A stretch of 64,000 nucleotides of DNA. Origin: Arcobacteraceae bacterium (GTDB lineage: Bacteria; Campylobacterota; Campylobacteria; Campylobacterales; Arcobacteraceae). Positions 31,750-41,916 of the stretch are shown here, in pieces. Numbering within the stretch: the stretch's first letter is position 1; every line of letters starts with the position of its first letter. A program made the translations under genes and the position numbers. Location of the stretch: assembly GCA_048268245.1 (NCBI GenBank), contig JBLWVX010000002.1:111683-175682 (forward strand), in the 5' to 3' direction. The notes below the pieces were generated by a model. That model had not been told where the DNA came from. It saw nothing but the letters and a program-made list of their open reading frames with translations, and ran no database searches.

Positions 31750-31952
31750 CAAAAGCCTCAAAGTTTTAATTATGTTTAGGAGAAATGAGTTCATTTTTAC
31801 TTACTACTCTTAATATAAAAATAAATGTGATTAAAAGAGTAATACAAATGAGGCTTTTAGTAATTTGAGTAAGTTAATGAGATAAATGCACTTAAATTTA
31901 TAATTTAGGAAGCAGAAAGGATACAAATGAGAAATGCATCTATCTCTTTAAT
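31750..31952 (-). ncRNA. Candidate structured small RNA
   Basis: TATAAT at 31959-31964 on minus strand, two long-range stems, repeated CUCAUUU and anti-SD tracts; boundaries approximate. Confidence 0.4.
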
Positions 31953-31967
31953 ACTGTAATTATAATC

Positions 31968-31986
31968 TACAAATATGATATTTGTA
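31968..31986. promoter_or_regulatory. Perfect palindromic operator candidate
   Basis: TACAAATAT-G-ATATTTGTA immediately upstream of the minus-strand -10 box. Confidence 0.5.
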
Positions 31987-31994
31987 TGATTTTA

Positions 31995-33287
31995 TTACAA
32001 TTTTATGAAATTTGATAAAATATATAGACAAATTACCCCTATAATATACATTTTTAGAACATATAAAATATTGGCTTTAAAAATATCTTTTGCATTTAAA
32101 CTATATCTAGCAACAATTGTAAGGTTCAATCCACTAAATGGTGAGGTTGAAACTGTAGTAGCCCAAGCCATCAAAAATGTCACAGCTAATAGTGTATGAT
32201 TTACAGAACTTAAAAACTCACCAATAATTGCTATTGTAATAATAGGATGAATTCCCACAAAAGCTAAAACTATAAAAATAGCTAAAAGAATTGAAGCTAT
32301 AAACCAATCAAACTCTTCAAAAGGAAGTGTTAATTCCAATCCTAAAAGTATTGAACTAACAGAAATACCAAACATTCCAGCTATTAGAAAAAGAGAAAGT
32401 TCTACTTTCATTTTTGGTAATTCTTCAAAGATATGATTTACTATTTTACTACTAGCTTTATTTAAACCTTTTTTTATAGGTAATACTAAAATAGTTAGTA
32501 AAAATGAAAATAGTGAAATTAAAACAATCACTTTAATTTGAGGATAAAAATGATTTGTTACTAAAACTAAGATAGCTAGACAAAAAGGTAAAAGTAAAGT
32601 ATCAAAAGCCATGGGATAACCTCTAAATTCATCCAAATTAAAACTTTTATCTTTATTCACTTCATAGTATGTAAACAAAAATGCTATAAAAGCTAATATT
32701 AGTCCATTTACCAAAATCACACCTGCATTTAAATTTGGAGCATAAGTTAAAGCTGCTGCAAAAGCTACAAAAAAAGGTGACCAGTAAGCATCTGTAGAAA
32801 AAGCTCTTGTAAGTAAAACTATTTGAGTTTTTGTAAGTTTTGCTTTTTTATGTAATTTGTCTGCTACTAAAATTAAAGAAGACAAATTTATTACAGAACC
32901 AAACAAATGAACTCCAAGATATGTTTTTAAAAAAGATTGCTTGCCTTTTGGTAAATTTGTACTTTTATCTTTTTTAGGAGTTGCTATTAATCTTAAAAAA
33001 CCAACTCCAATTAAAAGAGTTAGTAAGTATTGGTTTACAGTAAAGACTTTTATAAAATCAATGCTAAAACCATAAAAAAAACAAATAGCAAATGCAATAA
33101 AACTTAAAAGTAAAAGTATGTTTAACATCTTTTTACTTTTTAAAGATGTATAAGAAAAACCAAGTGATAGCCAAGCTAAAGTACCAGCAACAATCAATAG
33201 TGAATTATCAAAAAAATATGCTATAAAAGTTATAAAAAATGATGAGAAAATTAATATCCCGCTTAAATTTGATAATACTCTATTCAC
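31995..33287 (-). CDS. Polytopic membrane protein, probable transporter
   Basis: 430 aa, many TM helices, WSPFF and GIHPI motifs; family not identified. Confidence 0.65.
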   Translation of the reverse strand: MNRVLSNLSGILIFSSFFITFIAYFFDNSLLIVAGTLAWLSLGFSYTSLKSKKMLNILLLLSFIAFAICFFYGFSIDFIKVFTVNQYLLTLLIGVGFLRLIATPKKDKSTNLPKGKQSFLKTYLGVHLFGSVINLSSLILVADKLHKKAKLTKTQIVLLTRAFSTDAYWSPFFVAFAAALTYAPNLNAGVILVNGLILAFIAFLFTYYEVNKDKSFNLDEFRGYPMAFDTLLLPFCLAILVLVTNHFYPQIKVIVLISLFSFLLTILVLPIKKGLNKASSKIVNHIFEELPKMKVELSLFLIAGMFGISVSSILLGLELTLPFEEFDWFIASILLAIFIVLAFVGIHPIITIAIIGEFLSSVNHTLLAVTFLMAWATTVSTSPFSGLNLTIVARYSLNAKDIFKANILYVLKMYIIGVICLYILSNFIKL

Positions 33288-34176
33288 TTTTTTTGTCTTT
33301 CTTTAAATAAAATATTGATAAATAAATTCCAAGAGCTATTAGAATAAGCCCAACTAAATGATAAAACTCTAGTTTTTCACCTAAAAATATATAAGCCAAA
33401 ACTGCACCAAAAATTGGCATTAAGTGTGCAAACTGACCTGCTTTATTTGCTCCCACCTCAACTGTTGATATATTCCAAAAATAAAAAGATAAAATTGATG
33501 GAAAAATCACCATATATATTAATGAATAAAATAGCTCTTTATTTTCTATAAACCCAACACTAAAACTATATCCTTGATAATAAAAGGCTATAGTTAAAAA
33601 CCCAACACCAATAAAAGTAGTAATAGCTAAAAAGTCAAAAGCTTTAAGCTCTTTTGGTATAAACTTTAAAAATATAGAGTATAAAGACCATACAAGTCCA
33701 GCAAGGAGTATCCATAAATCACCTTTAGAAAACTCTAAAGTACTCAAAGTTCCTAATTCACCTTTTACAATAAGATATATAACACCTAAAGTAGATATAA
33801 AAATCCCAAATACTTGAATAGCTTTAATTTTTGCTTTTAAAATAACTCCAGATAAAACTACAATCATAATAGGAATAGCTGAATTAATCAATAAAGCATT
33901 TATAGCTGTTGTTGTTTGCAAGCCATAGTATAAAAAAGTATTAAATCCTGCAACACCAACTGCACCTAAGAAAAATAAAAGTAAAAAATCTTTACGTAAG
34001 GCTTTTGTTAATCTTTTTATGTTTATTAACATATATGGTAAAAGTAAAACTAAAACAAAAAACCATCTATAAAATGAAAGCTCAGTTGGTTCAATACTTG
34101 AAGATACTAATCTTCCAAAAACAAAATTACCTGACCAAAAAAGTACTGCTAAAACTAATAAAATATAATACTTCAT
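33280..34176 (-). CDS. DMT/EamA family transporter
   Basis: FWSGNFV.GR start, about 10 TM, GANKAGQF..L.P. Confidence 0.9.
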   Translation of the reverse strand: MKYYILLVLAVLFWSGNFVFGRLVSSSIEPTELSFYRWFFVLVLLLPYMLINIKRLTKALRKDFLLLFFLGAVGVAGFNTFLYYGLQTTTAINALLINSAIPIMIVVLSGVILKAKIKAIQVFGIFISTLGVIYLIVKGELGTLSTLEFSKGDLWILLAGLVWSLYSIFLKFIPKELKAFDFLAITTFIGVGFLTIAFYYQGYSFSVGFIENKELFYSLIYMVIFPSILSFYFWNISTVEVGANKAGQFAHLMPIFGAVLAYIFLGEKLEFYHLVGLILIALGIYLSIFYLKKDKKSE

Positions 34177-34206
34177 AATAACTTCTTTTGAAAAAAATTT
34201 TAAATT

Positions 34207-34238
34207 AAAAAAGGGTTCAAGTATATACTTGAACCCTT
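34207..34238 (-). terminator. Strong terminator (28-bp perfect palindrome plus T run)
   Basis: AAGGGTTCAAGTAT/ATACTTGAACCCTT. Confidence 0.7.
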
Positions 34239-34340
34239 AAAAATAGCTTTTATAATAAAGTAATTTACTAGAATTTATATGAAGTGTAAACTCTTAAAGC
34301 ATTTGAATCTTTTAAAGTATCACTAAATGAAGCATTAGCT

Positions 34341-35207
34341 TCATTTTATAACTTGATTTAACTCACACATTTTATCTCTATATTCATGTCTTTCATAAAC
34401 ACCAATTACTTTTAATTCTTCCACAAAAAACCTCAGCTCATCAAGGGCTAATTGTAGTCTTTTTTCATCCGTATGCCCATATAAATCCACATGAAACTGA
34501 GTTGAGTACATACTTCCAATCCCTGAATAACTCTCTATTTTTATCAAATCTATTCCATTTGTAGCAAAACCGCCTAGAGCTTTATAAAGTGCTGCTGGTA
34601 TATTTCTAACACTAAATATAAGAGATGTTATATATGCTTTGTTTTCTTCAAACTTTGGTACTTTTGCTTCTTTTGATAAGACAATAAACCTAGTAACATT
34701 TCCAGCATAATCTGAAAACTTCTCTTTTACTATCTCTAAATTATAGATTTTTGCAGCTAATGTTGATGCTATTACTGCATGGGTTTTATCATTTGATTGT
34801 TCTAACTTCATAGCAGAACCCGCTGTATCAAACTCTGAGATTGCTTTTAGGTTTAACTCTTTTATATTATTCATACATTGAGCTAGGGCTTGTGGATGAG
34901 AAGATACTGTTTTTAATTCTTCTAGTTTGTATCCTTTTACAGCTATTAGGGCATGTTCAATAGGATGGAAATATTCATCTATTATATTTAATTGCATTTT
35001 AGGAACAAGCCTGTAAATCTCTTCAACTCTACCAGCTGATGAGTTCTCAATAGGAATTACTCCAAAGTCTGCTTTTCCTTGCTCTACTAGTTGCATTGAT
35101 TCTAAAAAAGAGTCTGATGCTATAAATTTTGAGTCTGGGAAAAGCTTACTACTTGCAAGATGAGAATATGCTCCCTCAACTCCTTGATATACAACTGTTT
35201 TATTCAT
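34341..35207 (-). CDS. Monofunctional prephenate dehydratase
   Basis: QGVEGAYSH, PIENSSAG, SHPQALAQC, NVTRF, C-terminal ACT domain. Confidence 0.92.
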   Translation of the reverse strand: MNKTVVYQGVEGAYSHLASSKLFPDSKFIASDSFLESMQLVEQGKADFGVIPIENSSAGRVEEIYRLVPKMQLNIIDEYFHPIEHALIAVKGYKLEELKTVSSHPQALAQCMNNIKELNLKAISEFDTAGSAMKLEQSNDKTHAVIASTLAAKIYNLEIVKEKFSDYAGNVTRFIVLSKEAKVPKFEENKAYITSLIFSVRNIPAALYKALGGFATNGIDLIKIESYSGIGSMYSTQFHVDLYGHTDEKRLQLALDELRFFVEELKVIGVYERHEYRDKMCELNQVIK

Positions 35208-35282
35208 AAAATTCCTTTTGCTTATGACTAATTATATCTATGAAATACTAACTTTAAAAATCAAGCGATTATTTCGCGATTT

Positions 35283-36239
35283 TTAGTTTTGTTTATTTCT
35301 TTGTCTATTGTATGTAAACTCTAAAAGCGTAGAAATAGTTCTAGTATAAGGAGCATCAACTCCTAGTTTTTCACAGTTTTTTATAACAACTCCACAGATT
35401 TGCTCTAATTCTAAATCTCTATTATTCTCTTTATCAACCCACATAGATGGTTTTACTGATTGAAACTGTGTATAAAGTTCAAACATTTTATCTGCATCTT
35501 CTTGAGTTAAATTAACTCCAACTGCATTTGAAGCAAGCGCAGTCTCACTCATTAAGCCATAGATTAATTTTGAAGTTTTTTCATTTTTCATTAAAGGACC
35601 TGTTTCTTCTTCTAGTAAGGCACAAATTGCATTTACTCCATTGTTTACTATAAGTTTATTCCAAAGCTCTAGTTTTATGTTTTCACAAATAATAGTTTTT
35701 GTTTGAGTTTTATCTAAAATATTTTTTAAGTCTTCTAAGAACTTACTATTTTCATCATTTGGATTAACTGCTCCTATTAATGTTTCAACACCACCTTCAC
35801 AGTGAACATGCCCAAGTCCTACTGTATGAGATACAATTAGTCTTGTAAGTCCACCTATAACATACTCTTTTTTATAATATTCTTCCATAATATCTTCATT
35901 GTCAACACCATTTTGTAATGAAATATAATATGGAACTTTTAAAGAATCCTCACTCCAAGAAGCTAAAGTTTTAGAGATTGACTCTGTACTCATTCCTTTT
36001 GTTGCAATAAATATAGCATCAATATCTTCAGGCTTATGTTTTTGCACAAACTCTTCAAGACTATATGTATCAATTTTATCTTCAATAGTATAATTTGGGT
36101 GACTTACTTTCATCTTATTATTTTTAAGATATTCTAAGTTTTTCCCTCTTGCTACAAATTTTACATTACATCCTACATCATGTAAAATCATTCCATAAAA
36201 AGCACCTATTCCACCTGCACCTATTACAACTATATTCAT
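35283..36239 (-). CDS. Ketopantoate reductase family (PanE/ApbA)
   Basis: GAGGIG, LQNG, WNKL..N, SM..D......E. Confidence 0.88.
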   Translation of the reverse strand: MNIVVIGAGGIGAFYGMILHDVGCNVKFVARGKNLEYLKNNKMKVSHPNYTIEDKIDTYSLEEFVQKHKPEDIDAIFIATKGMSTESISKTLASWSEDSLKVPYYISLQNGVDNEDIMEEYYKKEYVIGGLTRLIVSHTVGLGHVHCEGGVETLIGAVNPNDENSKFLEDLKNILDKTQTKTIICENIKLELWNKLIVNNGVNAICALLEEETGPLMKNEKTSKLIYGLMSETALASNAVGVNLTQEDADKMFELYTQFQSVKPSMWVDKENNRDLELEQICGVVIKNCEKLGVDAPYTRTISTLLEFTYNRQRNKQN

Positions 36240-36320
36240 TATTTAATCCTATAAAATACTCATTTTTTAAAACTGTTATTATATACTAATAGAGTATAAT
36301 TTAAATAAAAAAGGTTTAAC

Positions 36321-36866
36321 TTGATAAGACTTGGTTCAAATTCGCCAACAAGAGCATTAATACTTAAAAACTTTGGGATTGACTTTATTCAAAATGGAGG
36401 TAGTTTTGATGAAGATTCTATAAAAACTACTGATCCTAAATCTTTTTGTTATGAAGCAACAAGGGGAAAGTTTGATGAACTATATAAAAAGTATGGAGTT
36501 GATGATATTCCCTTACTTGTGGCTGACTCAGTTGTTACAGCAAATAATAAACTGCTTAGAAAAGCAAAAGATGAAGATGATGCAAGAGAAATGTTAGAAC
36601 TTCAAAGTGGAAATGAAACTTCAGTTATAACATGTATGATTTATAAATCAAAAGAAAAAGAGCTTATTGATATAAGTATTACTACATATGAGTTTGATAA
36701 ATTTGATGAGCAACATATGAATGAATATATCAAATCAGGTGAGTGTTTTGGAAAAGCAGGAGCTATCATGGTTGAGGGCTTTTGTAAACCCTATATTAAA
36801 AATGTGAAAGGGTTTGAAAGTACGGCTATGGGTTTATGTGCCCAAAAACTAATCGCATTTATGTAA
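36321..36866 (+). CDS. maf: Maf family nucleotide pyrophosphatase
   Basis: LGSNSPTR, ADSVV, GKAGA. Confidence 0.9.
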   Translation: MIRLGSNSPTRALILKNFGIDFIQNGGSFDEDSIKTTDPKSFCYEATRGKFDELYKKYGVDDIPLLVADSVVTANNKLLRKAKDEDDAREMLELQSGNETSVITCMIYKSKEKELIDISITTYEFDKFDEQHMNEYIKSGECFGKAGAIMVEGFCKPYIKNVKGFESTAMGLCAQKLIAFM

Positions 36867-36876
36867 AGGACAAAAA

Positions 36877-37071
36877 ATGTATAAAAGCTTTAAAACTATA
36901 ATGAAAAATCAAAAAGGTGCAATAGAAAATATTCTTGTTGCAATTTTATTAGTAATGATTGGAGTTGGAGCTTTTATAGGTTATTCCACGTGGATAGAAA
37001 CTCAAAATACAAATGTAAAAAATGAAACTACAAAACAAATAAGCAAAACATTAAATGATACAAATAATTAA
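36877..37071 (+). CDS. Small Flp/type IV pilin-like protein
   Basis: Basic leader ending NQKG followed by AIE and a hydrophobic helix; AAAGGA RBS. Confidence 0.55.
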   Translation: MYKSFKTIMKNQKGAIENILVAILLVMIGVGAFIGYSTWIETQNTNVKNETTKQISKTLNDTNN

Positions 37072-37134
37072 TTAGCCATCAATTAAATAACATTTATATA
37101 AATTTATTGTAAAATAAAATCTTGAAAGGCTTAC

Positions 37135-38487
37135 ATGAAAATAAAAAAATATATATTTTTAATTACAATAGTTGTTGGCTTCACTGCATGTAGTAATAAA
37201 AATGTTCCAAATCAATATGTGATAAATACAGACTATAAAGAGAATAAAGAAGTTGAACAAGTTAATAAAGTTATATTGGAAAATAAACCAAATATCTTAG
37301 ACACTTTATCAAAAAAAGAAAAAGATTTTTTGGAAGTTATAAAAAAAGATAAATACTCATCTTTATGTGACAAAAAAGATTTCTACAAAGAAATAGAAAA
37401 ACTTGAAAATAAAAAAGAAATATCTATAAAACTAAAAGAGTTTTTTCCAGTTTATGTTGAAAACCTTGAGAACTCTTGTATTAATAAAGAAGCTTTTTAC
37501 TCAGAGATTAGAAAAAATAAATATAAAGATTTAAAATATTCTTATGAGTTTTATACAAAAAAAATAGATAAAAAAAATATTCTAAATGAGTATGAAAACC
37601 CAAATACTTCAATTAAAGAGATTTTAGATAGGCATGCCCCTTCACATCCAGATTTCTTTAAATTTATTTCATTTAAAAATAGTGGTGATTTAAATAAATC
37701 CAAAAAAGCTAGACTAAAGCTAAATATAGAAAGATTGAAAGTTTTAAAAGATTATAACTCTGATGATTTTATTCAGTTAAATATTCCTTCATATAATTTT
37801 AGTTTATATGAAAATGGTAAGACTGTTAAAAGCTTTGGAACTGTTGTTGGTTCAAAAAAAGACCAAACACCAATCTTATCTAGTAGGCTATCTTACTTTA
37901 TAGTAAATCCAACTTGGAATATCCCAAGTTCTATTGCTAAAAAAAGTATTATCCCAAAGGCTTTAAAAGATAAAAACTTCTTAAAAAAGAAAAATATAGT
38001 TATTAGAAAAAAAAGATATGATTTAGATGCCCAAGAAGTGAAATTTAGTGAAGTAAAATGGGATAAATACCTAAAAGAAGATATTAAATCTATTCCATAT
38101 AAATTTATTCAGCTTCCATCAAAAACAAACGGCATGGGAAGAATAAAATATATGTTTAAAAATGACCATGCTGTTTATATGCATGATACAATTGGTTCAT
38201 GGAGATTTAAAATCCCAAAAGAGAGTATTAGAGCAGTTAGTCATGGATGTGTAAGGTTAGAACACCCTATTTCGTTGATGGAGCATATCACAAAAAGATA
38301 TACTCCAAAAACCTATAAAAGTGTAAGAAGTATTTATGATAATGAAAAAACTGACTCAATTAGTTTAAATAAGAAACTTCCTTTACATATCACATATATT
38401 ACTTCATATATAAAAGATGGAAAATTAAAATTTACTAGTGATATTTACGGATATGATAAAATCCAAAAATTAAATTATGAGCTTTAA
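37135..38487 (+). CDS. L,D-transpeptidase lipoprotein (YcbB/LdtD-like)
   Basis: FTAC lipobox, NPTWNIP, YMHDT...SHGCVR. Confidence 0.9.
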   Translation: MKIKKYIFLITIVVGFTACSNKNVPNQYVINTDYKENKEVEQVNKVILENKPNILDTLSKKEKDFLEVIKKDKYSSLCDKKDFYKEIEKLENKKEISIKLKEFFPVYVENLENSCINKEAFYSEIRKNKYKDLKYSYEFYTKKIDKKNILNEYENPNTSIKEILDRHAPSHPDFFKFISFKNSGDLNKSKKARLKLNIERLKVLKDYNSDDFIQLNIPSYNFSLYENGKTVKSFGTVVGSKKDQTPILSSRLSYFIVNPTWNIPSSIAKKSIIPKALKDKNFLKKKNIVIRKKRYDLDAQEVKFSEVKWDKYLKEDIKSIPYKFIQLPSKTNGMGRIKYMFKNDHAVYMHDTIGSWRFKIPKESIRAVSHGCVRLEHPISLMEHITKRYTPKTYKSVRSIYDNEKTDSISLNKKLPLHITYITSYIKDGKLKFTSDIYGYDKIQKLNYEL

Positions 38488-38510
38488 ATAGGTAAATTAT
38501 TACCTATTTA
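38485..38510. terminator. Bidirectional terminator
   Basis: TAAATAGGTAA/TTACCTATTTA between convergent stops. Confidence 0.6.
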
Positions 38511-38974
38511 ATTAAAGTTTTTATTGTTGTAAGCATTCCTGTATGAAGATTATAGTTTGCTACAGGAAAATCAAGATTATCCTCATCTGTAAGATTTACT
38601 CTATAAGAGTTTAGGTATTCACCTAAAGCTTTTAAATCTACTACCTTATAATTAACATTTTTATAATCAGTTCTAACTAAAGAGTTTTTTTCATTTGATT
38701 GCTCTAAAATAAAAGCCATAGTTCTTAAACAAACTAAATCAGACCATCTATAAAAAAACTCTTTATCAATCTGTTCTACTTTTCTACCCTCAGGAGTAAA
38801 AAGAAGATTTTGATCTCTAAGAGGTAAAAGAACTGACAAAGTTGCTTCAACATAAGGTAGAATTTTATCTTTCCAAAAATCCTCTTCTTCACTTTTATCT
38901 AAGGCTTTTTCATACTCTTCTAAAATCTCTTCTTTTGAAGCTGTTTTTAACAACTCGTCTAATGACATACTCAT
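38504..38974 (-). CDS. Hypothetical protein
   Basis: 156-aa ORF translationally coupled to dxs (TAATG). Confidence 0.7.
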   Translation of the reverse strand: MSMSLDELLKTASKEEILEEYEKALDKSEEEDFWKDKILPYVEATLSVLLPLRDQNLLFTPEGRKVEQIDKEFFYRWSDLVCLRTMAFILEQSNEKNSLVRTDYKNVNYKVVDLKALGEYLNSYRVNLTDEDNLDFPVANYNLHTGMLTTIKTLIK

Positions 38975-40776
38975 TACTTCACCTTTTTTACTAATTGTTC
39001 AGGAAGTAGCCCTAATGACTCTTCAACTTTTTTAGTATCACCATGATTAATAAAATCATCTTCATATTCAAAAGAAGTAAGACTCACACATATTTTTTCT
39101 TCATTTAAAAACTCTAAAATTGCACTACCTACTCCACCTTGTTTTTGAGAATCAGAGAATACGTACCAATCATCATATTTACAGGCTAAATCTTTTAAAG
39201 TCTCTTTATCAAGTGGTTTTACAAATCTTAAATCTAAAATAGCAATATCATCTTCATGTAAAGCCTCAGTCTTACATGCTCTCCCAACAGCTGCGCCATA
39301 TCCTATAAATAGTTTTTTTGATTTTCCCTCTTTTAAAAGCTGAGCTTTTCCTAATTCAAAAGTTTCACTTTTATAATTAGTTTCAATAAATGCACCTCTT
39401 GGATATCTAATAGCACATGGCTTATCTAAAGTATATGAAAACTCTATTGCTTGATGTAATGTTTCATTATCTCTTGGAGCAAATAAAACCATATTTGGGA
39501 TAAATCTTAAATATGAAATATCAAATGTTCCTTGATGTGTTTCACCATCATTTCCTACAATTCCAGCTCTATCAATTGCGAAAACTACAGGTAAACCCAT
39601 AAGACATACATCATGTATTATTTGATCAAAACCTCTTTGCAAAAATGTAGAATAAATAGTAATAAAAGGTTTGAAACCTTCTTTTGCCATAGCTGCCATA
39701 GATGTAACTGCGTGTTGTTCTGCAATTGCTACATCCCAAAATCTATCAGGAAACTTATCCATTAGTTTATTTATCCCTGTACCACTTGGCATTGCAGCTG
39801 TAACACCAACTACATTTTCATGTTTACAGGCTAAATTAGTAAGTGCATCTGCAAATACAGCTGTTGCAGCTTTTGGTGCTTCTTTTTTTACAAATGCTCC
39901 ATCTTCTACGTTAAAAGGTCCTACTCCGTGCCAATGTTCATGTTGTCCCTCAGCTACTTTATAACCTTTTCCTTTTACTGTTCTTGCATGAACAATTACA
40001 GGTTTTTTCATAGCTTTTGCTATTTGTAAAGTATCAATTACTTCTTCTAGATTATGTCCATCAATTGGTCCAATATAATCAACACCCATTTCTTCAAATA
40101 AAATTCCAGGAGTAATAAGCTTCATAGCCTCTTCCATTCTTTTAGCTATATAAGTTGTACCTTCTGGCATATTTTTCTTTATGAAATTATCAACTTTACC
40201 TTTAAAACCTTGGTAATATTTACCTGCTAAAAGCTTTGAAAGATATTTTGATATTGCACCTATTGGTTTAGCTATTGACATCTCATTGTCATTTAAAATA
40301 ATAACAACAGGAAGTTTTAAATCACCTAATTCATTTAATGCTTCATAGACCATACCAGCTGTCATTGAACCATCACCTATCATCACAACAGGTGTTCTAT
40401 CTTCTTTTTTAAGCTGTATTGATTTTGCAGCACCAACTGCTAATGATATAGATGTTGAACTATGTCCTGCTACAAAATAATCAGCAGGAGATTCTTTTGG
40501 TTTTGTAAAACCACTTAAACCTTCAAACTGTCTAATAGTTTCAAACTCTTCCCATCTCTCAGTTAAAAGCTTATGAGGATAACACTGATGTGATACATCA
40601 AAAATAAATGGATCTTTGTATGCATCAAATATATAATGCATACCAATTGTTAATTCTACAGCACCTAATGTTGAAGAGAAGTGTCCACCTTTTCTCGATA
40701 CTACATCAATAATTCTATCTCTAATTTTTTGAGAAATGTCTTCTAACTCTTCTAATGATTTGTTTTTTACTTCCAT
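38974..40776 (-). CDS. dxs: 1-deoxy-D-xylulose-5-phosphate synthase
   Basis: GGHFSSTLG, DVSHQ, GDGSMT, IAEQHAV, DGETHQG. Confidence 0.97.
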   Translation of the reverse strand: MEVKNKSLEELEDISQKIRDRIIDVVSRKGGHFSSTLGAVELTIGMHYIFDAYKDPFIFDVSHQCYPHKLLTERWEEFETIRQFEGLSGFTKPKESPADYFVAGHSSTSISLAVGAAKSIQLKKEDRTPVVMIGDGSMTAGMVYEALNELGDLKLPVVIILNDNEMSIAKPIGAISKYLSKLLAGKYYQGFKGKVDNFIKKNMPEGTTYIAKRMEEAMKLITPGILFEEMGVDYIGPIDGHNLEEVIDTLQIAKAMKKPVIVHARTVKGKGYKVAEGQHEHWHGVGPFNVEDGAFVKKEAPKAATAVFADALTNLACKHENVVGVTAAMPSGTGINKLMDKFPDRFWDVAIAEQHAVTSMAAMAKEGFKPFITIYSTFLQRGFDQIIHDVCLMGLPVVFAIDRAGIVGNDGETHQGTFDISYLRFIPNMVLFAPRDNETLHQAIEFSYTLDKPCAIRYPRGAFIETNYKSETFELGKAQLLKEGKSKKLFIGYGAAVGRACKTEALHEDDIAILDLRFVKPLDKETLKDLACKYDDWYVFSDSQKQGGVGSAILEFLNEEKICVSLTSFEYEDDFINHGDTKKVEESLGLLPEQLVKKVK

Positions 40777-40789
40777 AATAATATCTTAT

Positions 40790-41896
40790 TTATTTATTTT
40801 CTTCTAATACCTCATCTAAGATACTAAAGAGTTTTGTATTCTGGCTTTGAGAACCAATTGTTACTCTTATTGCATTAACGCCATAACCAGTTAAATCTCT
40901 TACAATAACACCTCTTTTTAAAAGTTGTGATGCTATTTCTTTTGAATTATACTTATCACCAAATTTTAAAGTAATAAAGTTTGTATATGAATCAATAAAA
41001 TCAAAACCTTTTTGTTTTGCATAATCTTCATATCTTTTCATCTCTTCAAAGTTTAAAGCTATACAGCTTTGCACAAATTCTTCGTCTTTTAAAGCCTCAA
41101 TTGCCGCTGCTAGTGATAAAGTTGTAATATTAAATGGTGCTCTTAATTTATATAAAGTATTAATAATCTCTTCATTAGCTACACCATATCCAACTCTCAT
41201 ACCACCTAAAGCATAAGCTTTTGAGAAAGTTCCTAAGTAAATAGCATTAGGGAACTTACTTATTAAATCTTTTGCATCAATTTTTTTCTTTTCATCTTTA
41301 AATGAAGCATACTCTTGATAAGCTCCATCTACAATAACTAATGTATTTTTATCAACTGTTTCTAAAAATTTATAAACATCATCTTTGTCTAAACACTCTC
41401 CTAAAGGATTGTTTGGTAGACATAAGAAGATAATATCAGCTCCATGCTCTTTATACATTGCACTAAACTGTTCTAAATTATGCTCATCATCTTTTGTTTT
41501 TAAAATTTGGCATCCTGTTTGTTTACCATATATTTCATACATAGCAAAAGTTGTTTTAGACATTAACATTTTTGAGTTTTCATTACACTTAGCATGTACA
41601 CAAAACTCTAAAATTTGATCACTTCCTGAACCTATAATAATATTTGACTCATTAACATCAAATTTATTAGCTAAAGCCTCTTTTAGTTCAAACATAGAAT
41701 CATCAGGATAAATAAACATATTTTTTGATAATTCTTGAATTTTTTGCTCAACCTTTGGTGATGTTCCATAAGGATTTTCATTTGAAGCAAGTTTTATAAT
41801 ATCTTTTGGATCAATACCATATTCTCTTACAACAAGCTCAATAGGCTTACCTGCTTCATAAGTTGTCACATTTTCTAAAACTTTATTAAATTTCAT
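40790..41896 (-). CDS. hisC: Histidinol-phosphate aminotransferase
   Basis: [29 protein letters not shown]. Confidence 0.94.
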   Translation of the reverse strand: MKFNKVLENVTTYEAGKPIELVVREYGIDPKDIIKLASNENPYGTSPKVEQKIQELSKNMFIYPDDSMFELKEALANKFDVNESNIIIGSGSDQILEFCVHAKCNENSKMLMSKTTFAMYEIYGKQTGCQILKTKDDEHNLEQFSAMYKEHGADIIFLCLPNNPLGECLDKDDVYKFLETVDKNTLVIVDGAYQEYASFKDEKKKIDAKDLISKFPNAIYLGTFSKAYALGGMRVGYGVANEEIINTLYKLRAPFNITTLSLAAAIEALKDEEFVQSCIALNFEEMKRYEDYAKQKGFDFIDSYTNFITLKFGDKYNSKEIASQLLKRGVIVRDLTGYGVNAIRVTIGSQSQNTKLFSILDEVLEENK

Positions 41897-41916
41897 TTTG
41901 TTTCCTAAGTTTTTGA

